DNA of 64,000 nucleotides, from positions 23,374,001 to 23,438,000 of the forward strand of contig OZ024760.1 in the NCBI GenBank assembly GCA_964016885.1. Reading direction: 5' to 3'. Positions 31,345 to 45,312 of the stretch are shown here, piece after piece. A program made the translations under genes and the position numbers. Below the pieces are notes generated by a model, which was given only the letters and a program-made list of their open reading frames with translations, was not told the DNA's origin and made no database searches. The stretch comes from Eledone cirrhosa. Its lineage: Eukaryota. Every line of letters starts with the position of its first letter. Position 1 is the stretch's first letter.

Positions 31345-31720
31345 GATGGTTGCCCTCTCGTTATCGATTATGGCCATTGCATGATATACCAGTATTAATT
31401 ATTAATAATTTATTCTATCGTGCAATGCCTGTGCGTGGAAATGTTATTTCAATGTGAGGAAAGACTGTACATTGAGCCAATCCCACTCTCTGAGCGACAG
31501 CAGATATAACCCGAAAAGAAGAATAGATCAACATCATCGGTAACTACTGAGCCGCAGGTTTTATTTCGTAGTTATTGCAGTTTCCTGAGTTGCCTTCTTC
31601 TAGAAGAATGCCCTGACAAAGGCTAGGGGTCGTCCACGCCCTGTGGTTTAACCGCAAATCGAATATTCAGCCAGATTATTTCTATGCCCCGGCGCATATA
31701 CATACACATGCACCCATGTA
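31345..31720 (-). mobile_element. ~370-bp dispersed element (possible RTE-related SINE)
   Basis: Second copy at 58571-59165; contains CCTTCTTCTAGAAGAATGCCCTGACAAAGGCTAGGGG; strand and class inferred. Confidence 0.6.
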
Positions 31721-31726
31721 TATATA

Positions 31727-31925
31727 AGGAAGGAAGTGTGGTAAGGAACCAGGTGGATCATAAAGCACAAAATTACTCGACACTTTTGATAGTAGAGTGG
31801 GTAATAGGTAAAGAGTCAGGACCCCGACGGCAGAGCTCAATCCGTTTCCCACGACTATTTTCGTCCAGAAATAGTCGTCGAAACGGCCTGGCCTCTGCCG
31901 TCGGAGTCCTGACTCTTTTTCCTAT

Positions 31926-31926
<1 letters not shown>
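31727..31926. mobile_element. family B hairpin element (diverged)
   Basis: Same tail and palindrome architecture. Confidence 0.8.
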
Positions 31927-31973
<47 letters not shown>

Positions 31974-31977
<4 letters not shown>

Positions 31978-32282
31978 ATTAAATAAATGGAAACTATATT
32001 TATAAAACCATATTTATTTCGTTATATATATTTCAGGGATATCATATTAACAATATGTTATGCCTTCTTCAGACAAAATACAATATAAACAGTCTTATAA
32101 ATAAATAGATACGACATACCTTTCAATCACCTTGCATTTGGGAGGTTGATTGCAAAGGTTTTATAAATATAGTTTCCATTTATTTAATATCATAAATATA
32201 CTCCAAATACTTGTTGAGTGCTTTTATATCAGTTATAAATATTTACTCGTTGTTAACCCAACAATTTAAATATAACTTTCCA
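31974..32282. mobile_element. fold-back pLTR remnant (family A) with hammerhead at 32016-32079 (-)
   Basis: GATATTAAATAAATGGAAACTATATTTATAAAACC arms plus ~90-bp tail; attttgt-CTGAAGA-agg..cct-GAAA-tatata-TA-acgaaat. Confidence 0.75.
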
Positions 32283-32851
32283 TATATATATATATATACA
32301 TTTTTGGATGGCCGTTGAAGAACTCGTATATATACACGCGTATGTATGTATTTCTGAATATATGAATGATCGTATCGTCATGGAAAATCCTGCCAATTTA
32401 AAGGTTAGACGTTATACAACTTGGATGCATTTTAACAAGTTCAAGTAAACATAACATTTAGTTATGTGTTACAGAAAGTCAAATGTTATGCTCGATGTGT
32501 TTGTATAGTTTCTCGACCTATAGTTTATCTATCTACTTCTAGAGTATCGCTGAGTGCTCCCCGGTAATGAGGCGAGGTTATTCCTGCATAGCATTATTGT
32601 GGTGTGTGCGTGCGTCTTTATGTAGGTGCGTGTGTATGTGTTTGTCTGTTCTTGTAGTCAAAGGAAGCGCTTCCAGGCTAGTGGTGCTGCAATATTTGGT
32701 AATGATACACCCAATTGCATTATGCATCACTTACATTGGTATTTATATCAAAATATATATATAAATATATATATATATATTTATATATTTATAAGTATAT
32801 ATAAATATATATATATTCATATGTATATAAGTAGATATAAATATATATATA

Positions 32852-32891
<40 letters not shown>

Positions 32892-33163
32892 TATATATAA
32901 ATATATATTATTCATATATATATATATATTTATATATATATAAGTGTATATATATATAAGTATATATAAGTATATATAAATATATATATATATATAAGTA
33001 TATATAAATATATATATATATATATATGTATATATAAGTATATATATATTTATATATAAGTATATATATATTTATATATATTTTTATATATATTTATATA
33101 TATTTATATATATATATACACACATATTTAACAAAATGACAAATTAAAGTTTGAGCAAGATCT

Positions 33164-33211
<48 letters not shown>

Positions 33212-33596
33212 TTACATATATATTTACACATATATCCCTGTGTGTGTGAGAGATTGTATGTATGTGTGTACCTGTAAAAGGTAAACAAAAATAACACGAA
33301 AAAACAAAAGATACATCTTATTGGCCAGCATAAAGATACATGCAAAGTTCGGTGTAGATGTTTACTGAAACATAGATAGTTGCAGATAGACAGTTAGATA
33401 GACAGTTAGATAGATAGAAGGGCAGGTAGATAAACGGTAGGGTAGGTAGTTAAAGAGAAAGATAGGTGTATACTCTGAAATACATGAATTCATGACATGA
33501 ATTCATTATATTTTATTCAAATATTTATGGATTCCGCCAATAATTTGAATTAACCCAGGATTTTAGAGACAAGAACCATACTTTTATTAATAGATC

Positions 33597-34137
33597 CAAC
33601 CCTAACCCTGCCCTTAACCCTATCACTAAGCCTAACCCTAACTTTATCCCTGACCCTTAACGTAACCCTAACCCCTAACCTTAAGCCTAACCTTAACCCT
33701 GACCCCAACCCTAACCCTATCCCTAACATTATCCTTAACCCTGACCCTAACCCTAAAATTAAATCTACCCGTAACTTTAACCCGAAACCTAACCCAAACC
33801 CTAACCCTAACCCAAACCCTAACCATAACCCTAACCCTAACCCTAACATTATCCCTAACCCTAACTTAACCCTGACCCTAACCCTAAAATTAAATCTACC
33901 CGTAACTTTAACCCGAAACCTAACCCAAACCCTAACCCAAACACTAACCCAAACCCAAAGCCTAACCCAAACCCTAACCCTAACCCAAACCCTAACCCAA
34001 ACCCTAACCCAAACCCTAACCCAAACCCTAACCCAAAGCCTAACCCAAACCCTAACCTTAACCCTAACATTAAGCCTAACCGTAACCCTAACTCTAACCA
34101 AGACCCTAAACTTAACCCTAACCCTTGCCCTAACCCC
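33597..34137. repeat. interstitial degenerate telomere-like (CCCTAA)n repeat
   Basis: CCCTAA/CCCAAA/CCTTAA units with an internal ~130-bp duplication. Confidence 0.85.
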
Positions 34138-34544
34138 TCACAATGATCATATCCTCAGATTATGTTTCTACTCATTCATCTCACAAGTGACGACTGGCCT
34201 TAATGAGTCATATGATACAATACCTCCCTCACGAAAACAGAAACAAATGAAACGCACATCTCTGTACAAGATTCGAACCTGCAATATTTCCATAGTCAAA
34301 CCAATGATCATCACTCTAGAATTGTTTGTTTTTCTTCCAGTAACTCCCGACGATGTCATAGGGCTGCCGTATCAATATACATCGTTTCTAACTCCTTTCT
34401 TTTTAAACATGAAGGACCCTCTTTTCTTCTGCAGATCTAAATACAACATATTTCTTCTAGCGAATGATAGAGTGAACGAATGTAAGTGAGAACGAAATAG
34501 AGAAATTGAGGGAGAATTGACTCAAGAAGAAGTTTAGCATCTTT

Positions 34545-34665
34545 TTATTTTTATCGCTCGCGGAATTAAGAAAGGCAAAGATGACCTCGGCGACATTTGT
34601 ACTCAGAGAGTAATGGGCTGAAACTAACACAGCAAGGCATTCGACTTGACGTTCTAGTGACTCCT
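34545..34665 (-). mobile_element. old SINE related to family 1
   Basis: GAAAGGCAAAGATGACCTCGGCGACATTTGTACTCAG. Confidence 0.6.
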
Positions 34666-35664
34666 AAAAATTCGTTACCTTAGTCATACGGTAATTATTG
34701 TAATGTTATAGAAATGAAAACTTTGATCTATAGAATTACTTTGATCTACGAGAGTTGCTATAACTTATTGGATGGAAAATGTTTCATCTATGGAAAATAT
34801 GAGGCAAGTGAGAATTATTTAAAGTTATTCGAATGAAAGTGTTGATCTATCAAAATTATGACGCAGATGGAAATTACTTTAAAGTTATTGGATGGAAATT
34901 ATCGAACTCTGGATATATATAATATCTTAGTTTCTCTCATGTAGAAAACTTTGATCTTTGAAATTATTAAAAATGAAATGTATATCAATGTTTTTTTAAT
35001 AAATAAAGTATAGATTTCTTTTATTATTATGTCTTGTCGTTTAAGTTAAATGGTGTATATGAAAGATATTATAGATAGATTAAAACTAAACAAATATATA
35101 ATTATATTAAACGATCGCGCGTTTAGGAGAGAGCGATGTGGTTTGAAAATTGAATTGAATTTGTAGCTTTCGCTTTTGACGACGGAAAATACTCTAATAA
35201 ATAAGAGGGATTATCTACCCCTAGCACAAAGAAAAATGGGCATGCGAATTCTTAAATCACCGGATCGTTGATGTTCGTGTGATTTATCCACCATTATCAC
35301 AAATAAACCTTCGTGGGGTTGCCTGTTTACTCGCCAACACACGTACACGCAACAAGTTGTACTGAGTTATAAATGTTACCTGTAGCGTTCGAGAGCAACC
35401 TGATTATGGAAAACTCGACCACCATTTACTAGTAAAATCTATGACATACACAATATATATCCTCTGGCATGATAAAGCCCTGTATCTACATGGTCATGAG
35501 ATTGAAATAAGGGGGCTTTGCCGGTTTCCTTTCTCGAAATCTAAATTAAAATTGAAATGCAATCAATTGGTAACATCTGGACTTTTGCAATTATGTACGG
35601 ATTACTAATTATTGGAGTTCTTTAAAATAATTGCAATCGTAAACAAAAGACATATTCCGCGGAA

Positions 35665-35992
35665 GTCCAGGCCAGCCAAAGCCTTGTCCAGCCAGAGACT
35701 TGTCCAGCCAAAGCTAAGACCAGCGAAAAGAAAGGCCAGCCGAGGAGAATACCAGCAAAAGGCAAGGCCAGCAGAAGCAAAGATCAGCGAACGGCGAGTT
35801 CTGCGAAAGGCTTGTCCAGCGAAAGACACGACCAGCTAAGGTCAAGACCAGCGAAATCCAAGAGCAGCAAAAGGCAAGACCAGTGAAGGTCAAGTGCAGC
35901 AAAAAACAAGTCCAGTGAAAGGCAAGCCCACAAAACGGCTAGTTCAGCGAAAGGCAGGTCCCGATAAAGTCAAGCCCAGTGAAGTTCATGTC
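35665..35992. repeat. degenerate 16-bp tandem repeat, about 20 units
   Basis: Consensus approximately CAAGTCCAGCGAAAGG. Confidence 0.85.
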
Positions 35993-36201
35993 TCTTCTGC
36001 CATCTTATCTATTATTATCCGGCATCGCTAAAGTAGAAAATAAATATTGCATTTTATTCAATATTCAAGGATTGAAATATAATCTGTTAACATAGACAAG
36101 CTAGAGAATGAGAGAGCGATGGAATCAGACGCTATGGAGATACAATAAATAAATATATATATAAACATATATATTATATATACATATATATTATATATAC
36201 A

Positions 36202-36262
<61 letters not shown>

Positions 36263-36378
36263 TATATACATATGTATATATATACATACACACACAAACA
36301 TATATATATGTATTTATATATATATACATATGTATATATATATATATACATACACACACAAACATATATATATGTATT

Positions 36379-36412
<34 letters not shown>

Positions 36413-36494
36413 CATACACACAAACACAGACATATATATATACACACACACATATATAGATATATATGTATATATACATACACACCCAAACACA

Positions 36495-36548
<54 letters not shown>

Positions 36549-36883
36549 CATACACATCTATAAACACACACAGGCACACACACTCACATATATATATATA
36601 TATAAATGTAAACATAAAACATGTCAGGCCGACGTTTGTCTAATGAACCAGTATTTTTCTTTCGGAAAACACGTTCGTTTGAAATTACAGCTTTATTTTA
36701 TTCGAAGTCTTCGGTATTACTTTTCAATACAGCATATATTTTTCTACCATTTTGAATTTTACTTTTTGCACATTTTTTTCGCATTTTCGAGAATTTAAGG
36801 TCTTAATTTAGACATTGTTATCTTTCAAAGCTGTTTGTCTTGTTTCTCAAATGTAGGGAAAACGAAAGCTGTATGGACATATA

Positions 36884-36930
<47 letters not shown>

Positions 36931-37131
36931 AAAATGGGTGATAGATATACTTATATAAACATATATATATATATATTCAGTAGAACAGAGTGAGAAAGAC
37001 ATGTGTAAGTGTATTTGTATGTATACATATATATATAAATATATGTATATGTGTATATATATATATATATACAAATATATATGTATATATACATAGGTGT
37101 ATGTATGTAAGTATGTATGTATATAGAGGGG

Positions 37132-37173
<42 letters not shown>

Positions 37174-37418
37174 GGTGTATGTATGTATGTATATATATAT
37201 ATATATATACATTGGTGTATGTATGTATATATATATATACATTGGTGTATGTATGTATATACATAGAAGTGTGTATGCATGTGTATAAATATTCTGAGAC
37301 TCTAATGAAGTATACATTCCGATCAATCAATGATGGCGTATCTATATTTCAAATGACCATACGACTTCAATACGACTCATATATATATATATATATGTAT
37401 ATATACATTAATATATAC

Positions 37419-37468
<50 letters not shown>

Positions 37469-37482
37469 TAATATATACATAA

Positions 37483-37514
<32 letters not shown>

Positions 37515-38194
37515 GTATATATATGAATACATATATATATATGAATACATATATATATATATATGTGTGTAAATGTTTGTGCGTATAAATATATATATAT
37601 ATATATATGTAGACATATATATATATATATATATTTATATATGTATATATATGTAAACATATATATATATATATATATTTATATATGTATATATATATGT
37701 AAACATATATATATATATATTTATATATGTATATATATATATATATATATATGTAAACATATATATATATCTATTTATATATGTACATATATATATATGT
37801 AAACATATATATATATATATTTATATATGTATATATATATATTTATATATCCTACATCTGTACATAGATAGCCATACACAAACAAACACAAACAGTGTTT
37901 ATCCATCATATATACGTAGATACTAACACAGACGTCTATTAGAATATACTATTTGACTGCCTCAGGCAAATACATAAACACATATCAATGTCTCAGTGAT
38001 TGGCGAAATAATACGTTAAACATGATTGTAATAAAGTTAATTATATGAAAACTATATACAGAGTGTCCCCCTCGAAATGTATACACGCTTTGATTACCTG
38101 TACAAGCAATATTTATAACACTGCAGTTGAAGTGTGTATACATCTTTTGGGACACTATGTATGTATAAATATATGTGTGTATATAATATGTGTG

Positions 38195-38255
<61 letters not shown>

Positions 38256-38264
38256 ATATATATG

Positions 38265-38305
<41 letters not shown>

Positions 38306-38505
38306 ATATATATGTGTATATATATATATATATGTGTATATATATATATATGTGTATATATATATATATGTGTATATATATATATATGTGTATATATATA
38401 TATATGTGTGTATATATATATATATATGTGTATATATATATATATGTGTATATATATATATAATGTGTATATATACATATAATGTGTATATATATATATA
38501 ATGTG

Positions 38506-38536
<31 letters not shown>

Positions 38537-38835
38537 ATATATATATGTGTATATATATATATGTGTATATATATATATATATATGTGAGTGTATATATAT
38601 ATATATATGTGTATATATATATATATATGTGTATATATATATATGTGTATATATATATATATATATGTAGTATTAGTTATACTATTTATGGTTATGTAAA
38701 TACAAAAATCTTATGCAGTTATAAGTATTTTTTATACAAACCCTAAATAGTGGTAGGCAGTAATGTATTACTACCTTATTACCAGTAAGTTAAGTAGCTC
38801 AATGTAAAAACATCAGATGATTTACAGAGCAGTTA

Positions 38836-39876
38836 TATGAAATATAAGCATCAAAGAACTGTTCAAAACATTATTGTGCTTACAGCTGTTTCCTCCAAAC
38901 CGAGGTCTGGATTCTTCGGAGCAATTTATTAATGCATGGACAGTTATATGACTTCCTTTTCAGCCAAGAGACATACCGATACATATGCAAATATTGTGGG
39001 TCAACATTCATTACAGTTAAAACACTTTATGCTTTAGAAATTTTTTGGAAGTTGCGCATAACCATAGAAATTAGGGTCTATATTGAGACACATTTTAATA
39101 GCTAGGTATAGAAACCCCGGAGTTACCTCCCCTCATGCATTAACTCCCCTTAGCCACACACACACACTTCCGGGTTGCATTCAATGTCGTTTCTCGAAAC
39201 GTAACAGCCTCCTGTATTGAACTAAAGAACATCAGACTACGATTCTCTAACTGTATTGTCAAACGCTCAATATCGAATTGTCGTGGATTATGTGAAGGGC
39301 ATATAATCGAAAAATACACTCCCCTGACCATGAAAATGTCGAAGTACATGAAGTACTTGTCATCCCTTCGCTGTGCATGTCCAATACTTTTAATATTTTT
39401 AGTGCTTGCACTATTTTTAATGCTTATATCATTTCTCCACACACAGACTATATCAATCATATAAAGAATTTGCCACCAGATCAACCAACCTAACACTCTT
39501 GTCTACCTACCTAATGACCTCTACTACACGTATTTCTCTGCCACACTATATAAACAAGACGCACGTGCTTGCAACACATATAACATTTGCACTATATAAC
39601 CGCTTATCTTCATGTTGTATTTTAACCTGCATTTTTGATTTTTGATTGTACCTTTTAATATGAATGTAATCTCGAAGTGTGTACTGCCACTCTAAATTCT
39701 GTAATGAATGTTGACCCACAATATTTGCATATGTATCGGTATGTCTCTTGGCTGAAAAGGAGGTCATATAACTGTCCATGCATTAATAAATTGCTCCGAA
39801 TAATCCAAACCTCGGTTTGGAGGAAACGGCTGTAAGCACAATGTTTTGAACAGTTCTTTGATTCTTATATTTCATA
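38836..39876. mobile_element. large fold-back pLTR remnant with hammerhead-like motif in both arms
   Basis: ~180-bp arms 38836-39016/39699-39876; tgct-CCGAAGA-atccagacc..ggtttggag-GAAA-cagctg-TA-agca at 38877-38923 (-), mutated twin at 39792-39838 (+). Confidence 0.7.
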
Positions 39877-39922
39877 TATATATATATATAATATGTGTAT
39901 ATATATATATATATATAACGTG

Positions 39923-39980
<58 letters not shown>

Positions 39981-40556
39981 ATAGTTGTACTCTGAGTTTT
40001 TCGAATATGAATAATAAAACTCGATTCGTTTGCAACTATACAAACAGTCTCTTCAAAATGTTGCCAGTAGACCGGATGTCGTCATTCTTCCTCTTGTGTT
40101 GCACTGGGTAATTGCTGGCCTTGTGCTAAAAGTAGAAACAATTATTAATACTAGCAGAAAAAGCATCTTTCGTGTGGTTTTCTGCTAGCATGTGTAGTGT
40201 GTATTTTGATATTATACGCAGGTATATATACATGTAGATATGATACATCAAGTAACATCGTAATTCACAATATATAATACATAGAAATTGAACGAAGTCT
40301 GCGTTACACTGTCTTATGTAATCAGTAACGTAATTCATGATACGTTAAAAAAGACGATATTATATATAAACTACATTAGTAGAAAATTATTGACAGAAAA
40401 TTAGTATGTTTATTTATACGATGGCCAACCGGAAGTGTTGACATTTCAGAAATCTTAAAGAAGTGAATCTTTAATTAAACAAAATATATTTAATCAACAG
40501 CCACGAAATTTATTAGATACATTATGTAATATTCATTCATTATTTATTCAAAGTAA

Positions 40557-40674
40557 TCTGAGTTCAAATCCCGCCGAGGTTGACTTTGCCTTTCATCCTT
40601 ACGGGGTCGATAAAATAAAGTACCAGCAATGCACTGGGTACTTGCTGGCCTTGTGCCTCAAGTAGAAACAATTA
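40557..40674 (+). mobile_element. SINE family 1 (5' truncated), probable TSD TATTTATT(C/T)AAAGTAATC
   Basis: B-box to 3' end; direct repeat on both flanks. Confidence 0.9.
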
Positions 40675-40838
40675 TTTATTTAAAGTAATCCAACTTATGT
40701 TACTAATGTGATAACCAATTATAAACCATACGCAGTCCCGCGCTCCTTACCTTATTATAGTTTAGATTCGAAAAATTCAGATTACATTTATTCTATTCAG
40801 CCATGTAGAGCGATAAACAACTTCTTTGTAATATATAT

Positions 40839-40995
40839 ATGGACACACTAGAAGAGGAAGACCAAGGTTAACATATGTTGATGCCCTAAGGACAGACACT
40901 GGTCTGTTGGAGATGCAGGATATGGCAGCGATAATGAGGGACAGAGACCGCTGGAGAGAACTCGTCCATGGATCTCGGGAATTTTACCCGCCTTA
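40839..40995 (+). mobile_element. young RTE LINE 3' end
   Basis: Identical by eye to the last ~157 bp of 53549-53834; GHTRRGRPRLTYVD..DRDRWR. Confidence 0.85.
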
Positions 40996-40996
40996 G

Positions 40997-41031
<35 letters not shown>

Positions 41032-41034
<3 letters not shown>

Positions 41035-41290
41035 CATGGGAGACTCACAAATGTCAGCTCGAAAGAAACCCAAAGGAGACTCATGTAACTGGACATGCTC
41101 ACCAACATTAAGAGTTAACACTGAATTATGGGTCCCCTATAAGGAGCCCTACACGGACACATGAAGATAAGGTGACCGATTATGTTTATGAAATATGTTG
41201 ATGCCCTAAGGACAGACACTTCTGGGAGATGTGATAATGAAGGACAGAGAACGCTACAGAGAACTCGTCCATGCATCTTGATAATTTTAA
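41032..41290 (+). mobile_element. old diverged copy of the same RTE 3' end
   Basis: ATATGTTGATGCCCTAAGGACAGACACT..GAGAACTCGTCCATG. Confidence 0.7.
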
Positions 41291-41304
41291 CTTATTATAT
41301 ATAT

Positions 41305-41550
41305 ATGTTTGTGTGTTCTGTTCCTTGACCGGATAATGTACCCCTACAATGACTCCATTTTACTCAGCTGGAGCAATGAATTTTGGCGTCACTGGTGCCA
41401 GAATGTAACGACTATTGCCTTTTCCCTGGACGACATCAACGGCGTTGAGAGGGTAGACTGGTTTGCATGGGTGACTGCTGGTCTTCCATAAACAGCCTTG
41501 CCCATTCTTGAGCCTCGGAGAGGCTAATTTCTAGGTTGAAATACCATTGT
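41305..41550 (+). mobile_element. SINE family 2 (5' truncated, diverged)
   Basis: TTACTCAGCTGG..GTCACTGGTGCCA..GCCTTTTCCCTGGA..GCATGGGTGACTGCTGGTCTTCC; homologous to 46480-49135. Confidence 0.75.
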
Positions 41551-42095
41551 ACTCTGCGTCATCACATTGGTTTGTTAACCATTAATTATTAACCTTAGTG
41601 CAGTCGCAGAGAGACAAACATTTTATCAAATCTATAAACCTCAGACAGACGAAAAATAAAATATTTCAGAACGCCTCTATTAAGATAACTCTATCATTTA
41701 TTTTGCAAAAATACAAGTACAATGTATTTCGTGCAAATTAGATTCTATGTGTTAAGTTTGGTGGCTGTTTACAGACAGTGAGAAATTGAAAAGATGGCTA
41801 CCACCCAAGGCTGAGAAGAAAACAAACTAACATTGCAGACGACAGAGAAAAGATTTTGAGAATGGAGAAAGAAACATAGGAAGTATCAATAAATGAAGGA
41901 ATGATGATGCCGGTGGTGGTGGTTGTGATGTGTGATAGTGGTTGCTATGGTGGTGTTAATGTTGGTGGTTGTCGTGATGATGATGTTGGTTGTGGTGATG
42001 CTGGTGGTGATAGTTGTGGTGGTGGTGGTTGTCGTCGTGGATATGGTGGCGGTGATGGCACTGGTGGTGGAGGTTGTAATTATGGTGCATTTGAA

Positions 42096-42270
42096 ATAAT
42101 TGTTTCTACTTTAGGCACAAGGCCAGCAATTCACCAGTGCATTACTGGTACTTTATTTTATCGACCTCGTAAGATATGAAAGGCAAAGTCAACCTCGGCG
42201 GGATTTGAACTCAGATCGTAAAGGGATGTAACTCTACGATTCAAAGCATGGCGTCCAATCCACCGCCCTT
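42096..42270 (-). mobile_element. SINE family 1
   Basis: Consensus match on minus strand. Confidence 0.9.
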
Positions 42271-42425
42271 AGTACAATAATGACTGTAGGAGAGATGCTG
42301 ATATCTGCCGGGTTTACGAACAGAAGGACGTGCCCTTTCTGGCTACAGCGGCGTATCACAAAATCGGATTTCATATGAAGATACCTTTCTCATAACAACA
42401 ACAAAAACATGAATTATATCTTGTA

Positions 42426-42752
42426 CTAGTAGATTTACCCGGCGTTGCCCGGGGTTTGCAATGCAACAAAGAATAAACAAGAAAAAAACGATAATATTAG
42501 TTATTTATCTTCATATGAATCTGATGTTTATATTTATGTCAATAAAGTTGGTTATCTCCCTTACATCAATTATGCTACCGCTAATTTTGAATCGATTTTG
42601 TATTGCTCAACGTGGGTCGATTTGAAAAGCTTAGCGACCTGTGCAACGTGCACTGAAAATTTGGTCAAATTCGGTTGGTAATTGTAAAAGCCTTAGGTAT
42701 CCAAAGTTGTACACAGACACACACACATCCTCGCTTTTATATATATAGAAGA
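42426..42752 (-). mobile_element. non-autonomous Helitron
   Basis: Minus strand begins TCTTCTATATATATAAAAG, ends with hairpin CCCGGGCAACGCCGGG then CTAG; sits between host A and T. Confidence 0.85.
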
Positions 42753-42840
42753 TTGCATGGGAGAACCGTTGAAATAATTATGATGAATAAACGACTTATG
42801 TAACAACACCATCCTTGTTAATTGTATTATATATATTATA

Positions 42841-42993
42841 GGCGGTGGATTGGCAGTATCGGTAGAGGGTCTGACGCCATGCTTTGACGCATAGAGTTCC
42901 AGCCCTTGCCATTCTGAGTTTAAATCCCGCCGAGGTTAACTTTGCCTTTCATCCTTACGGGGTCGATAAAATAGAGTACCATTAATACACTGG

Positions 42994-42996
<3 letters not shown>
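42841..42996 (+). mobile_element. SINE family 1 (3' truncated)
   Basis: A-box-like TGGCAGTATCGG and B-box. Confidence 0.9.
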
Positions 42997-43030
<34 letters not shown>

Positions 43031-43543
43031 TCATATACATATATATAGAGAGAGATAGAGATATGTATTTATGCGCAGGTTAAATGTTTCGTCACGTATT
43101 GTAACACCTAAATTAGGCATCTTCCGTGTCAGATTCAGCATCAGCATCAGTAGCAATCATGTAATTTGTATTGTCGCGTTTCTTCCATCAATTAATATAA
43201 TCATAAGTAACCTTTGTGTCAGTGGAGTCAAGAGATTCACAGAGGACACAAAAGAATCCGATCTATTCGTGACATCGCCTAGATAGTCGCTTTAACAGAG
43301 GCTCATATAAAGTTATGTGGACACAATAAGATATGTTCAGCACAAGACTCATTTCAAGCAATGTGAAATTATAATAGAAGTTATGTATCATCAGAGACTT
43401 ATCTGCCAGTATGATCTGCAATAGATAGAATTAATAATTATCAATGGATTGTCGATAATATTATAGATATCCAATGGAGCTTATATTCGTAAGTGGATAT
43501 ATATATGTGTGTGTCTGTGTGTGTTTGTTTGTGTACATATATA

Positions 43544-43597
<54 letters not shown>

Positions 43598-43599
<2 letters not shown>

Positions 43600-43858
43600 G
43601 AAGTTATATGTAATTTGTTGGGATTCCAACAAGCTTAAAAGTTTATAACTGACATAAGGCACTCAACAGTAACAAAAAAATTGGAGTAAATATTCAACCA
43701 TCAAGGTTGTTATTTTCCACGTTTATGTCAATAATTATAAAACAAATCTTGTATTTTATCTGATGAAAGCGCACCAAGATTGGCTTGGTTGTCCTTGAAT
43801 ATATATAATGAAATAATTATGGTTTTATAAATATAGTTTCCATTTATTAATATATTGA
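43598..43858. mobile_element. family A pLTR remnant with degenerate hammerhead 43753-43814 (+)
   Basis: Inverted tail then attttat-CTGATGA-...-GAA-tatata-TA-atgaaat and the family A arm. Confidence 0.6.
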
Positions 43859-43874
43859 ATTTTATATATATATA

Positions 43875-44060
43875 TAGGAAAATGTATGACCCTGACGGCA
43901 GAGCTCAAGCCGTTTCGGCGGCTATTTCTGGACTAAATTAGACGGCGTTAGCTCTGCCGTCGAGGGGGTCATACATTTTCCTATTACCCACTCTACTACC
44001 CTAAGTATTGAGTACACTGGTGCGTTATGGTCCATCTGGTTCCTTACCACAACTCCTTCG

Positions 44061-44062
<2 letters not shown>
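43875..44062. mobile_element. family B hairpin element (opposite orientation)
   Basis: Palindrome then tail ending CCTTCGTT in (TA)n. Confidence 0.85.
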
Positions 44063-44101
<39 letters not shown>

Positions 44102-44469
44102 GAGAGAGAGAGAGAGAAACGGTGCAATTAGAAATAGCATGGAAAATATATTTCAGGATCTGTTTTTTATTTTTCTTCTTTGATTCATCAAAGTAACATT
44201 ACTGAAAAAATCAGAGGAACAATTCTTTTAAAAAAAGATTTTTATAATGTATATAAATATTATAAAATATTACCGATTTCGATGTTGAATATTATAATTA
44301 AAAGGAATTAAAAAGAATAAACAAGAATAAAATGTTTTTAAATTTAAAATTACGTGTTGAAATGGTCAATTCATCTTTCTTGTTGTGAAGACTGGGTCTA
44401 AACTGGAGCCCTATATATATAGAGAGAGAGGTGTAGTCATTTATATAATGTGTATGTATGTATGTATCT

Positions 44470-44519
<50 letters not shown>

Positions 44520-44559
44520 GATATTAATAAATGGAAACTATATTTATAAAACCATATTT

Positions 44560-44622
44560 ATTTCATTATACATATTTCAGGGATACCACATTAAATTATG
44601 GTATGCCTTCATCAGACAAAAT
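44560..44622 (-). ncRNA. type I hammerhead ribozyme (family A)
   Basis: attttgt-CTGATGA-aggcatacca..tggtatccct-GAAA-tatgta-TA-atgaaat. Confidence 0.75.
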
Positions 44623-44718
44623 ACAATATATAACAGTTTTATCCAGACAGCCTCCAAAAGTAATGGTTGTATTTTAAAAGGGTACGTCAAAGCTATTTGT
44701 AAAACTGTTATATATTGT

Positions 44719-44781
44719 ATTTTGTCTGATGAAGGCATACCATAATTTAATGTGGTATACCTGAAATATGTATAATGAAAT
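44719..44781 (+). ncRNA. type I hammerhead ribozyme (family A)
   Basis: attttgt-CTGATGA-aggcatacca..tggtatacct-GAAA-tatgta-TA-atgaaat. Confidence 0.75.
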
Positions 44782-45059
44782 AAATATGGTTTTATAAATA
44801 TAGTTTCCATTTATTAATATCATATATCTACTCCAAAAACTTGTCGAGTGCTTTATATCAGTTATAAAAATATTTACTTGTTGTATCCCAACAACTTTAA
44901 ATAGAACTTTTTCATATATATATATGTGTGTGTGTGTGTGTGCTTCTGTGTGTGTGTGTATGTACATGTATAGAATGAGGCTGGTTATGTTGGGCGGGCC
45001 TTGGAACGCATCAGAGAAGCCCTGTACGATGTGACACTGTCAACTGTGCATTGAAATGC

Positions 45060-45235
45060 ATCTCTGTTTGTGTGGAGTGTGGAAAATAGTGTGCCTCAGA
45101 TGTTGGACTGAAATCTCATTTGAAAGTGCACCAAAACAGGACCGTAACACCTACTGTGTGTATCTTCTGTTGTTACAACGTCTGTGCAAGAGTGTGCACG
45201 TCCCTAGCAGGACATGAAAGTCACATCTGTGTTGC
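45060..45235 (+). pseudogene. degenerate C2H2 fingers, probably from an RTE LINE ORF end
   Basis: CVECGK*CASDVGLKSHLKVH and ..VCARVCTSLAGHESH; in-frame stop. Confidence 0.5.
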
Positions 45236-45312
45236 TTAGGTGACAAATACTATTATTTCTCGAAATCGAGTTGGAACCCTCACCATGTACGTATCTATGT
45301 ATATAAGCAAAA

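Larger units (their letters stand above)
44520..44912. mobile_element. fold-back pLTR remnant (family A), young
   Basis: Near-perfect ~120-bp arms 44520-44641/44701-44821 plus ~90-bp tail. Confidence 0.8.

Noticed and set aside
34700-34970. Degenerate ~60-bp tandem repeat
   Set aside because: Only 3-4 poorly conserved units with no further structure
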